DNA of 64,000 nucleotides from a virus (Duplodnaviria; Caudoviricetes): IMG/VR virus record IMGVR_UViG_3300021400_003144; one strand, 5' to 3'. Shown piece by piece: positions 49,693 to 59,201 of this stretch (position 1 is its first letter; each line of letters starts with the position of its first letter). The notes under the pieces were generated by a model. It saw only the letters and a program-made list of their open reading frames with translations, ran no database searches and was not told where the DNA came from. The position numbers and the translations under genes were made by a program.

Positions 49693-51024
49693 ATGAAGAT
49701 TAAAAATAAGATAATTCCATTTTTTGCAATGACATTGACAAGTGTAAGTATTCTTGGAATGACAGCTTTTGCAGCTACTTCTAAGACAACGATTAGCAAT
49801 GTAAGACTTACTGTTAACAGTAATATCAAATACGGAGACCCTAAGAGTGAGTCAAATGACAATGTAAGTGCTGAGAGTGATACAGATGGAGTTGACATAA
49901 ATCAGGTTGAGGTAACTAACAAGTCTTCATCTGGTGAGTGGGATTCTAATGATAAACCTAAAATTAAAGTTAGTTTAAAGACTGAGAGTAGTAAGTATGT
50001 CTTTGATGATGACATTAGTAAAGATGATGTTACCATTGAGGGAATGGATATAGACAGTTATACAGTTAAGAAGTCTGGAACATCAAGATTATATGTAACA
50101 GTTACAGGTGTTCAGCTGTCAGATATTGAAGGTGCTGACACAAGTTCAGATTATGACCTTGAAGTAGCAAGTGTTTATCTTGATTCAAGTTCAGGTGAAG
50201 CAAGTTGGGATTCAGCTGAGGATGCTAAGAAATATGAAGTTAGACTTTATAAGGAGTCTGGTAGCAAAGATAACTTAGTAAAGTCAGTAAATGTAAATGG
50301 TTCTAATGATACATATGATTTCAGTAATAACATTACAGGTACTGGTAATTATTATGTAAGAGTCAGAGCTGTTAAAGATAACTCACATAAAGGAGCTTAT
50401 GTAAACAGTGAAACTGTTACAATAGACAGTGATGAATATGAGAGTATCAAGGAGTTTAAGGAGAAGAAAACTTCTGATAATGTAGGTAGTAGCAGTTCAA
50501 GCAGTTCAGGAAGTAGTGGAAATTCAAATGGACCAAGTGTAGAGAATAGTCAGGCAAATGGTCCAGCTGATAATACACCTGATACACCGGGAAAACACTT
50601 AAATGAAGTTTATTATTCTAAGGGTGTTGAACCTATCAATGGTGAGTGGGGAAGTTATACAGATGAAAGTGGAAATACATACTGGACATTAAAGGATAAT
50701 GACCATGTGTACATGAATGAATGGGCATATGTAAAAAATCCTTATGCTAAACCTGAATTAGGTCAGGAATCAGCAGATTGGTTCAGATTTGGTGAAAATG
50801 GTGTAATGCTCACTGGTTGGTTTATGGATGAAAATGGTGATTATTACTATCTAAGTAACATATCTGATGGAACAAGAGGTAAGATGGTAACAGGATGGCA
50901 GGAAATTAACGGATACAAGTATTATTTCGAGCCAGAGTCAAATGGTAGAAGAGGTTGCATGTATAAGAATACAGTAGTTGATGGACATGCAATTGGAGAA
51001 GATGGAAGAGTGTTTGGAGAATGA
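49693..51024 (+). CDS. Secreted protein with FN3-like domain and cell-wall-binding repeats
   Basis: Signal peptide (..MTAFA); ASWDSAEDAKKYEVRLY...YYVRVRA; WFRFGENGVMLTGW, GKMVTGWQEINGYKYYF. Confidence 0.85.
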   Translation: MKIKNKIIPFFAMTLTSVSILGMTAFAATSKTTISNVRLTVNSNIKYGDPKSESNDNVSAESDTDGVDINQVEVTNKSSSGEWDSNDKPKIKVSLKTESSKYVFDDDISKDDVTIEGMDIDSYTVKKSGTSRLYVTVTGVQLSDIEGADTSSDYDLEVASVYLDSSSGEASWDSAEDAKKYEVRLYKESGSKDNLVKSVNVNGSNDTYDFSNNITGTGNYYVRVRAVKDNSHKGAYVNSETVTIDSDEYESIKEFKEKKTSDNVGSSSSSSSGSSGNSNGPSVENSQANGPADNTPDTPGKHLNEVYYSKGVEPINGEWGSYTDESGNTYWTLKDNDHVYMNEWAYVKNPYAKPELGQESADWFRFGENGVMLTGWFMDENGDYYYLSNISDGTRGKMVTGWQEINGYKYYFEPESNGRRGCMYKNTVVDGHAIGEDGRVFGE

Positions 51025-51497
51025 GAGATAGAGTTGAAACAAGTGTGGTAAGCAGGGAGAGTAGAGAGAATACAATAAGTAAGGAGCTATTGAGAGATAG
51101 AGTTGCATTTATAGCTGTGTTGTTACTAATAGTAAGTATGATGGCTGGTTTAAAAGGAAAGAGCAACATACTGACTAAGATAGCTGTACCAATGAATGTG
51201 AGTTACAATAGTGATGTAGAATATACATCAGTTGGTAATGATAATACTATTGATGGTAAATGGGTTTCTGTAGATGGTAAGAGCTTACTTGATATAGAAA
51301 CAAATAGATCACTTGATGAGGTTAGGATAGTAATTAGAGATAAATATAATGTCTTTAATACTATAGGAAAGTACAGTTCAGATGGAAATATGATTGAGTG
51401 TGATAATGGTATGACAGTTAATATTTCCTCTGATAAAGCAACAGTTGAAATTGATACAGCTAATAAAGATTCAATTAGCTTCAATAGATTTATATGA
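51021..51497 (+). CDS. Membrane-anchored hypothetical protein
   Basis: TM helix; ATGA overlap. Confidence 0.75.
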   Translation: MRDRVETSVVSRESRENTISKELLRDRVAFIAVLLLIVSMMAGLKGKSNILTKIAVPMNVSYNSDVEYTSVGNDNTIDGKWVSVDGKSLLDIETNRSLDEVRIVIRDKYNVFNTIGKYSSDGNMIECDNGMTVNISSDKATVEIDTANKDSISFNRFI

Positions 51498-51533
51498 AAT
51501 AAGTAGGGTACATGAGTGCCCTACTTATTTTTT
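51498..51533 (+). terminator. Intrinsic terminator
   Basis: aaataagtaggg...ccctacttattttt. Confidence 0.85.
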
Positions 51534-51630
51534 GTTATAATAGCTATAGTTAATTTGTAGATAATTACAGACTCAATTTAGTTATAGTGTTGTAAATTAA
51601 TTAATAAATTAAATATATAAAGGAGTTTGT

Positions 51631-54600
51631 ATGGGCATATTAGATATATTAAAAGATGCTATTGAGTTTAAGACAAATGAACTTAATGGTGTCAATAATG
51701 CAAACGCTAAAAAACAGACAAGCAATGTGACAAATAATATTACTGAGAAAGTAGATAATAAGACAGCAGAAGTTTCAGGAAATAACACAAAAGATGAGAA
51801 TGAGGGCATTTATACAGATAAAAACTCTACACTTAGGTTCTTGCCTTTTGATGAAATAGCTATGTGTATTAAATTACAGAAGCTTAAAGGGTATAAGGGT
51901 AGCATACAGGAAAAGATTGTAGATACTCTTGCTCATAGATTAACTAAAAAGTGTAGTATGTCTAATAAGCAGAGATACTACATAGAGTGGGGTTTAGCTC
52001 ATTTTAAAGATGAGAATAAAGAAAAAGAGACAGGCAAAGAGGCAGGAAAAGAAACAAGCAAAGCTGTTACAGTTGAGAAACCAGCAGAGAGTAATGCAGC
52101 TAATCAACTGGCAAATGAGAATGTTACAGTTAATAAGGATGAAGCTAAGACTGAGGCTGAGAAGGTTGAGAATAAAGCTGAGGCTAAGGTAGCTACTGGT
52201 GAGATAGTAACATCTGATACAGCTGAAGTAGCTAAAGAAAGAGAAGTAAAGCCATATGAAATTGTATTTACAAATGATAAGAAACTCTTTAGTTATAGAG
52301 TAATGACTGGTAGAGCTTATATAGTAGGCTTAAGTGGTGATAATAAAGACAAAGAACTTAATGTAACAATTCCAGATAAAATCAAAGATACTGATAACAA
52401 TGAGTATGATGTTGTTGGAATAATGGAAGATGCATTTAAGGGATGCAGATTAACATCTGTGCAGATTGGTAGAAACATAGTTGAAATTGGTAAGGGAGCC
52501 TTTAGAGGTTGTACTAATTTAAGATATGTGGATTTGAGTTTAAGTAGTATAAGGCATATAGCTTCTTGTTGTTTCTATAATGATAAGAGATTACAGCTTA
52601 TTAAATTAGCATCTGGAATTGAGAGAATACATGAAAGTGCATTTTATGGCTGTAAATCTTTAAAAGCAATAATGTTACCTAATTCACTTGATACAATAGC
52701 TAATAAAGCATTTTATGGATGTATATCATTAAAGAAAATAATAGGTAGCGTAAATACAATAGGTGATTCTGCATTTAAGTGTTGTATTAATCTCAAAGAA
52801 GTTGATTTTAGTAAGATGAGAGCTATAGGACCTAGTGCATTTGCATTAAGCGGTTTAGAGAATATTGTAATTCCATCTAATGTAAGCATTATAGGAAATA
52901 GAGCATTCAGTGACTGTCCTTATTTAAACAAGGTAGTTATAGAAGAGGGTGTAAGTGAGATAGGTGAATGGGCATTTAGTAAAAATGCAGGTACTATAGG
53001 AAAGAATATAGATAAGCATGTAGCAATCAATAGTATTGACATCTATTTACCTAAGTCTCTTAAATCTATAGAGCAATGTGCACTTAATGCTATTAATATG
53101 GCATATGTTTATATGGGAAGTTCTGGTGAGAGTTTCTGTATCAGATGGAAAATTCCTCATACATGTATAGATGAAGATAAGAGCAAGTTTAGAACAGATA
53201 GAGACATGAATGCAATGTTGGGTGACCCTATGCTAGACTTGTGGAGAAAAATTCAGAAGTGCTATACAACTCCTGATAAGGATATTACAGGTCCTAATTC
53301 ATCTGACCCTGATAATTTTGATTTTGATGTTAGTAAACTTACTAAATATACTATGGATAAAGAGATGGTTGACTATCTTGGTATAGCTGATTATTCACAA
53401 GTAAGTTATATAGAGCCTCATGTCAAATTTAAGGGTTATTTAAAATTAGTAACAAGTATTTATGGGGAGAACTATTTACTGCCTTTAACAAATAAAGTAA
53501 CTCGTCTAGTAGACACCTTTAATACAGACACAGAAGTTTTGTTTGATGATGGTTATAACAGAATAGTTAAGGTAATCAATACTGAAAAAGATACCCTTGA
53601 GAAAGGTGGATTTGTAGCTGCTATACAAGGAAACAATCTTCTTTATGTAGCTCCATTAAGCTATTTAACTGATGTTAAAATCAGTAGTGAGTGTAACAAG
53701 CATGACAGATTGATTGTAGATAAGGTATTATACAATGGTAGTAACATTGGTAAGCGTTCTGCTATACTTGGAACAAATGGTAGACTCACTGATAGAGAAA
53801 CAAATACTGAGATAAATGTAGGATTAATACTAGAGGGAATACTTCATAGAAATGCAGTAGAAATTACATTAACTGAGAAAGATTCTATATGGTATTTGCC
53901 AGCTATCAATAGAGTGTTGCAGTTGCATGATGCTAAAGAATATGAAGGCACTGGAGCTGATAAGAAGCTTATAGGAAAGACAGATTATTCTAACTTAGGT
54001 GAGATATTAGACTTTAATGGTTTAATAGAATTTATTAAGAGAAATAATAAGTTCACTAAGTGGTATGTAGATAGCTATCAATTTTATGATAGAATAGCAT
54101 CTATGAGTGATGATTACGTTGCTAAGAGAATAAAAGAGCTTAAAGATGTAAGAGATGCTAAAGTATCTTTCATGTGGAGAGTAAGTAGGGCTATTGTAAA
54201 TAAGGTTGGAGCAGGTAAAAATGCAGCTAATGTATATCCTGATGATTTAAGCAAGAAGATTTTAATAGCTGTAGCTAATACTCACCTCATGGTTAAGAAA
54301 GAGTTAGACTGGGTTAAGAAAATAGGAGCTAGATCATTAAATAAGAAGAATCAATATACTGTTGAAAATCTTATTGTAGATGAGTATGTAAGCAATCAAG
54401 TTGTCAAGTTTAGCAACTCTTATATGAGTGGATGCAAGGGAGCATATGTATTTATTATAAGAGAAGGCAATAAGGTTCATGGAGTTTATTCCTCTACACT
54501 CAGTATGAAACAGATTGTAGAAATGCTTTATGAGATGAACAATTATAATAGCAAATATGTTATTAAGGATTTAATTACTAAGGCAGATAAGTTTGATTTA

Positions 54601-55509
54601 GTAGCAGATAGTCTTTTCTATCATATAGCAAGTGTAGCAAAGACTGATAAGGTTAAGACATTCAATTTAGGTTGTCAGACAAACTTTAATCCTAGTTTCA
54701 ACATATCAGTTTATAAGCCAACTGGTCTATTATATTTGACAACTAATACTAATATAAGATTTGATAATGATGGAAATAGACTTAATGAGTCTGCTTGTGT
54801 TCCTTTAGTTCCTATTGGTTATTTAAACAGAGCTTTAGTTGTAGCAACAACAACTAATAAGAATGTAAGAACAAGTAAATTACTTACAGATCTTTCAAGA
54901 GTAACTGATGCAATATATGCAACATATAGGAATAGAACTATATACAGAGAAGCAATTTTAGAGTCATTTAATAATATGATTGAGACTAGAAAACTTCTTA
55001 TAGCTGGAGAACATGACATTAGTAAGTATACTGGTATCACTAATGATAGAATAAGATACATGATGGGAACAGTTCCTAAGACATTAGAAAATGATGAGGA
55101 TGGAACAGTTTATATGGAGGTTCCTGAAGTAGTATCAAAGAGAAGCAGAAGAACTAAGGCTGTTGAAGATACTAGTGAATCAGATGAGGTTGGATATATT
55201 GAAGATGATTCAGATAATGTTGGATATGTAGACGATGGTGATGATGAAGATGAGGTTGGATATATTGAAGATTCAGATGATGAAAATGAGATAACTGTTG
55301 AAGATGACAATGACTCATCTGAGGATGAGGTTGGATATATTGAAGATGATTCAGATGATGAAACATCAGAAGATACATCAGAAGATATGGATATAGACAT
55401 AACTAGATACACAATGTTTAAGGAAATTGCTATGAAGCATGGAATTACAGACGAAGATGAGATACTTAAGTCATTTAAGGAAATAGAGGCTAAGAGAAAG
55501 AACAGTTAA
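51631..55509 (+). CDS. Large BspA-type (LRR_5) leucine-rich repeat protein with acidic repeat tail
   Basis: IGKGAFRGCTNL, IHESAFYGCKSL, IGNRAFSDCPYL repeats; tail (D)EVGYIEDDSD-like x4; no signal peptide. Confidence 0.85.
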   Translation: MGILDILKDAIEFKTNELNGVNNANAKKQTSNVTNNITEKVDNKTAEVSGNNTKDENEGIYTDKNSTLRFLPFDEIAMCIKLQKLKGYKGSIQEKIVDTLAHRLTKKCSMSNKQRYYIEWGLAHFKDENKEKETGKEAGKETSKAVTVEKPAESNAANQLANENVTVNKDEAKTEAEKVENKAEAKVATGEIVTSDTAEVAKEREVKPYEIVFTNDKKLFSYRVMTGRAYIVGLSGDNKDKELNVTIPDKIKDTDNNEYDVVGIMEDAFKGCRLTSVQIGRNIVEIGKGAFRGCTNLRYVDLSLSSIRHIASCCFYNDKRLQLIKLASGIERIHESAFYGCKSLKAIMLPNSLDTIANKAFYGCISLKKIIGSVNTIGDSAFKCCINLKEVDFSKMRAIGPSAFALSGLENIVIPSNVSIIGNRAFSDCPYLNKVVIEEGVSEIGEWAFSKNAGTIGKNIDKHVAINSIDIYLPKSLKSIEQCALNAINMAYVYMGSSGESFCIRWKIPHTCIDEDKSKFRTDRDMNAMLGDPMLDLWRKIQKCYTTPDKDITGPNSSDPDNFDFDVSKLTKYTMDKEMVDYLGIADYSQVSYIEPHVKFKGYLKLVTSIYGENYLLPLTNKVTRLVDTFNTDTEVLFDDGYNRIVKVINTEKDTLEKGGFVAAIQGNNLLYVAPLSYLTDVKISSECNKHDRLIVDKVLYNGSNIGKRSAILGTNGRLTDRETNTEINVGLILEGILHRNAVEITLTEKDSIWYLPAINRVLQLHDAKEYEGTGADKKLIGKTDYSNLGEILDFNGLIEFIKRNNKFTKWYVDSYQFYDRIASMSDDYVAKRIKELKDVRDAKVSFMWRVSRAIVNKVGAGKNAANVYPDDLSKKILIAVANTHLMVKKELDWVKKIGARSLNKKNQYTVENLIVDEYVSNQVVKFSNSYMSGCKGAYVFIIREGNKVHGVYSSTLSMKQIVEMLYEMNNYNSKYVIKDLITKADKFDLVADSLFYHIASVAKTDKVKTFNLGCQTNFNPSFNISVYKPTGLLYLTTNTNIRFDNDGNRLNESACVPLVPIGYLNRALVVATTTNKNVRTSKLLTDLSRVTDAIYATYRNRTIYREAILESFNNMIETRKLLIAGEHDISKYTGITNDRIRYMMGTVPKTLENDEDGTVYMEVPEVVSKRSRRTKAVEDTSESDEVGYIEDDSDNVGYVDDGDDEDEVGYIEDSDDENEITVEDDNDSSEDEVGYIEDDSDDETSEDTSEDMDIDITRYTMFKEIAMKHGITDEDEILKSFKEIEAKRKNS

Positions 55510-55539
55510 GTTTAATGGAAAGAACAACTAAAATTAAGT

Positions 55540-55571
55540 TAATGGGTCTGCTATTAAAGTGGACCCATTAA
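55540..55571 (+). terminator. Inverted repeat, probable terminator
   Basis: taatgggtc...gacccatta. Confidence 0.6.
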
Positions 55572-55613
55572 TATTTGGAAGTGAAAAAGTTAAGAAAAAA
55601 ATTAAAAAAAGTA

Positions 55614-55642
55614 TTGACGAATTGAAATTTAGTTGTTATTAT
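55614..55642 (+). promoter_or_regulatory. SigmaA-type extended -10 promoter
   Basis: TTGACG-N17-TATTAT with TGn. Confidence 0.7.
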
Positions 55643-55682
55643 AAGTATATAAGATATAAATGAATTGGAGATAATAAAAGTT

Positions 55683-56405
55683 ATGAATAAATTTAAAGTT
55701 TTGTTAGCAACAGTTGTTATGGGATTTATGTTCAGTATAGCATCTTTTGCTGATGAAGTTTATGTTCTTAAGAGCGGTGAGAGTATTCAGAACGTACTGA
55801 ATGTATGTAATGATACTCCTACTAATAGAGTAACAATCTATCTTGAAGATGGTGAGTATGCTCCATTTTCAATGGTAAAGCCAGTAAATAGAGAAAGATA
55901 TGTAGATATTTTTGGAGTAAATCCAAAGGGTGCTAAGGTTGTAAGCTATTCTGGAAAATATGAGGAGCCAGCTGCTGAGATTAGAACCAATGGTAGTATT
56001 GGAAATATAGTATTTATAAATAAGGCTGATACTACAAGAACTATAGTTGACCCTAATGGTAAGTCAGGATATGCAGTACATGCTGATTATGGTAAAATGG
56101 ATGTGAAGTTTATTAACTGTAAGATGGTTAGTGGTCAGAATGTAGCTCTTGGTATGGGAATTAGTTATGACAGTAAGGTAGAGATTGATAGCTGTGAGCT
56201 TATTAATGAAACAGTAACTCCAGTATTTAATGATGATTACTATAAGCTTGGAAGCATTTACTGTCATACAGATGTAAATGACATTGATAAACATACTGGT
56301 GCTCTTACTATTAAGAATAGTACATTAGTAAAACCTGATAATGTTCCTACTAGATATACAGTTCAGAGTCTATTTGGTTCAACAATTAATGTAACAGAGC
56401 AGTAA
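55683..56405 (+). CDS. Secreted pectin-lyase-like beta-helix protein
   Basis: Signal peptide (..IASFA-DE); SIQNVLN...TIYLEDGEY; YAVHAD...FINCKM. Confidence 0.6.
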   Translation: MNKFKVLLATVVMGFMFSIASFADEVYVLKSGESIQNVLNVCNDTPTNRVTIYLEDGEYAPFSMVKPVNRERYVDIFGVNPKGAKVVSYSGKYEEPAAEIRTNGSIGNIVFINKADTTRTIVDPNGKSGYAVHADYGKMDVKFINCKMVSGQNVALGMGISYDSKVEIDSCELINETVTPVFNDDYYKLGSIYCHTDVNDIDKHTGALTIKNSTLVKPDNVPTRYTVQSLFGSTINVTEQ

Positions 56406-56426
56406 ATAAAAAATAGGAGCCTATAT

Positions 56427-58124
56427 ATGTTGGTTTTGAGTAAGATTTATACATCAGATTATATAGATACACATTATGAATTAACAGATGATGCAAGTGG
56501 GGCATCATCTGTTTTTGTGTTTAATGACTTAACTAAGATTGCTAAGCTTGGTATAGTAAAGAATATAAAAATTAGGAATCATAAGTTAAGCATGACTGAG
56601 GATGTTGATATTGAAGATATTGGACTTAATACAAGTAAGGTGCTTATATTAAGACAGGGTAATAAAATAGAGTCTAATGTAAATCCTTGGGTGGAGCTTA
56701 AAGGAATAGACATTCAGGATGACAAGTTGCATATAATAAATTGTAGTGATGGTAATTATTACTTTGGATGTAAAACATCAGGCACTAAAGTAAAAAAAGA
56801 GAACTTCCTGAAGTTAAGTAAATCTAGTTTGATTAGGATACTGTATAATTTAGATTTGCTTGAATATCATGAAGATGATACATTTGGAGTATCAGATGAA
56901 ACATTACATAAAAATAAGAATGAGTATGAATTGCTACAGCAAGTGCTAAGGGATATTTGTGCTGGCATAAATGATAATTTAAGGTCAGATAAAGCAGTAC
57001 AGATAGCATCAGATATATGTAATGATAATTTTCATAAAGTAGAGGCAGTCTATAATGATTGTAAGAAAACTGTAGTAAGAGTTAGAGATTTCTATGGTAG
57101 TGAGATAAGATACTTCTCAATTTCAAATATGGACATGATATGTACTTATGCAAGCTGTGATGGTGTAGAAGATTTAACAAATGAGTCTAATAGTTATCTA
57201 TTTGCACTTGGTGAGTATCCTAGGATAGGATATAATGAGCTTATGATGTGGATAGGAAACTTTAAGTATATACTTGAGGACAAGTGGTTGAAGTATAAGT
57301 ACATCATGTATAATAAGAAATACTTTGATGATATATTAAGTAATAAAACAATACTATTTAAGACCAATTATAATGGAGATGATACTGAACAGAATGATTT
57401 CTTAGGTTATAAGCATGAGGGAATATACAATATAGCAATTTATGTGAACAGCAAATATTTTGATATAACATCAGGTAGAACAGATTTGCATTTAAAGTGT
57501 ACATTACTACATGAGATGTGCCATTCGGCTGTTGGTATTAAATATGGAGCAATGGAAGAAAATGCAGGTGAAGATGCTGAGTCACTTGGTTATGTTAGTA
57601 AACATACTGTGAGATATCTAAAGAAAATTGATTGCTATAATCAGATATACTATCATGGAAAGAAGTTCATGAGTGTTGTAAAGGAGGTAAGCAGACGGGC
57701 AAAACTTCATATAGGTGATGTTTATGGATATGGCAGAGAGATTGACCTTCTAGCATATAAAGCTAGGGAGAATATAACACTGAATAGCTTAGATAAAAAG
57801 AGACCAATCATTAAGTTTAGAGTGAATGATGTTATAAGATATATAGTAAACTATATAAATGATTATAACAATCTATATAAGAGTGAGGGTATTATATTTG
57901 GAGCAGCTAAAGCAGATAATAGAGGTATAATATCAGTTACAAGTACAGTGATGAACAAGAGATACATGATTGAGAAATCCGATTGGCATGATATAAAGAT
58001 ATTTGCTCTTAGGGGTGATGATGCTGAACATTGTAAACTATGTGCTGTAGTTGATACCTATAGCTATGATAGAATTAAGGATATAGCAGATAGTATTATA
58101 AGATATATTATTAGAGATATTTGA
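56427..58124 (+). CDS. SprT-like zinc metalloprotease domain protein
   Basis: TLLHEMCH (HExxH) ... YHGKKF. Confidence 0.7.
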   Translation: MLVLSKIYTSDYIDTHYELTDDASGASSVFVFNDLTKIAKLGIVKNIKIRNHKLSMTEDVDIEDIGLNTSKVLILRQGNKIESNVNPWVELKGIDIQDDKLHIINCSDGNYYFGCKTSGTKVKKENFLKLSKSSLIRILYNLDLLEYHEDDTFGVSDETLHKNKNEYELLQQVLRDICAGINDNLRSDKAVQIASDICNDNFHKVEAVYNDCKKTVVRVRDFYGSEIRYFSISNMDMICTYASCDGVEDLTNESNSYLFALGEYPRIGYNELMMWIGNFKYILEDKWLKYKYIMYNKKYFDDILSNKTILFKTNYNGDDTEQNDFLGYKHEGIYNIAIYVNSKYFDITSGRTDLHLKCTLLHEMCHSAVGIKYGAMEENAGEDAESLGYVSKHTVRYLKKIDCYNQIYYHGKKFMSVVKEVSRRAKLHIGDVYGYGREIDLLAYKARENITLNSLDKKRPIIKFRVNDVIRYIVNYINDYNNLYKSEGIIFGAAKADNRGIISVTSTVMNKRYMIEKSDWHDIKIFALRGDDAEHCKLCAVVDTYSYDRIKDIADSIIRYIIRDI

Positions 58125-58215
58125 TATACATATTGGGGTTGATTTGCTAATAGTATTAGGCTATCAATAGTAATTAAGTGTAAAATAAATTATTTTGTGT
58201 TTAATAGGTGATAAT

Positions 58216-58749
58216 ATGAGCGAAATAAGATATGTCTGCACAAATAGATTGAGAGACTTTAATAAAAAGATATTATTATATAGATTATATGGAAGTGACC
58301 AGAAGTTTATAAATATAGATCCTGATACATTAAAAAGTTACATTGATAGAGGAGATATAACAGTTGAAAACTTGTATTTGACAAGTGATTATAAGCTTAA
58401 AGAAAAGGGTTGTACTATATATCCAAAAGGTATACAGGATAAGATTTGGATAAAGGGCAAGTCAAATGAAAAGAGGGCTGGAATATTTTGTAAATCACTT
58501 GATAACTACTTAATGTATAATAGTAAGACTACTGAAGAAAGAACAAGGCTTATAGAACAAATAGTGAGTGAGAATGTTGAGCTTATAAAGAAAAGTAGAG
58601 GCGTAGTTATTAAGCATAGAGAGAATGGTGAGTCAGATGAATCAATCATAGATATGATTGTAAAGACTTCAGGAAGTGAGTTACTGGCTTATATGTCTGT
58701 ATATGATAATATTTATAGTAAACTTGGTATCTTTGTAACAAATAAATAA
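58216..58749 (+). CDS. Hypothetical protein with N-terminal module shared with ORF 9764
   Basis: CTNRLRD..KILLYRL...ITVENLYLTSDYKL; ATG after AGGTG. Confidence 0.75.
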   Translation: MSEIRYVCTNRLRDFNKKILLYRLYGSDQKFINIDPDTLKSYIDRGDITVENLYLTSDYKLKEKGCTIYPKGIQDKIWIKGKSNEKRAGIFCKSLDNYLMYNSKTTEERTRLIEQIVSENVELIKKSRGVVIKHRENGESDESIIDMIVKTSGSELLAYMSVYDNIYSKLGIFVTNK

Positions 58750-58765
58750 GCAAGGGAAGTAGATT

Positions 58766-58805
58766 AGGGGAGTGTGTTTAATTAATGAACATACTTCCTA
58801 TTTTT
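58766..58805 (+). terminator. Intrinsic terminator
   Basis: aggggagtgtgtt...aacatacttcctattttt. Confidence 0.7.
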
Positions 58806-58821
58806 ATTGCTTATTTATATA

Positions 58822-58850
58822 TTGACAATTTATGTATTTTATGATAATGT
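58822..58850 (+). promoter_or_regulatory. SigmaA-type extended -10 promoter
   Basis: TTGACA-N17-TAATGT with TGn. Confidence 0.6.
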
Positions 58851-59201
58851 AATTGTATTATAATAAGGAAAATATAAATACAAACAAATGTTTCTATAAG
58901 TTTGATGAAGAATTTTGAAAAGGTGAAAAATGAGGTATGCTTTAAGGATTTTTTGGAGAAGCAGAAAAGGAAATTTCAAAGCTAATTTTAACGAAATTTT
59001 TTGTGTGTAAAGTTGGAGGTAAAAAATTTATTTTTTGTAATCTTATGAAAATTAGGGTATACAGTTGGGTAAAATTTGAGTGGCATAAAAAATAAAAATT
59101 TTGTAATTTTTTAGCATGCAGTGAGTTGAAATTTGTAGTGCTTTGAAAGTATTAAAATGTGATTTTAAATAAAGAAATATGATGATTAGGAGTATTATAT
59201 T

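Noticed and set aside
49693-51024. Endolysin call based on wall-binding repeats
   Set aside because: No amidase, glycosidase or peptidase catalytic motif; it has a signal peptide and an FN3-like domain instead.
462-56294. All minus-strand ORFs and nested alternative-frame plus-strand ORFs in the track
   Set aside because: They overlap longer, motif-bearing + strand genes, and their Ser/Leu/Phe/Ile-rich composition is what antisense of purine-rich coding DNA gives.
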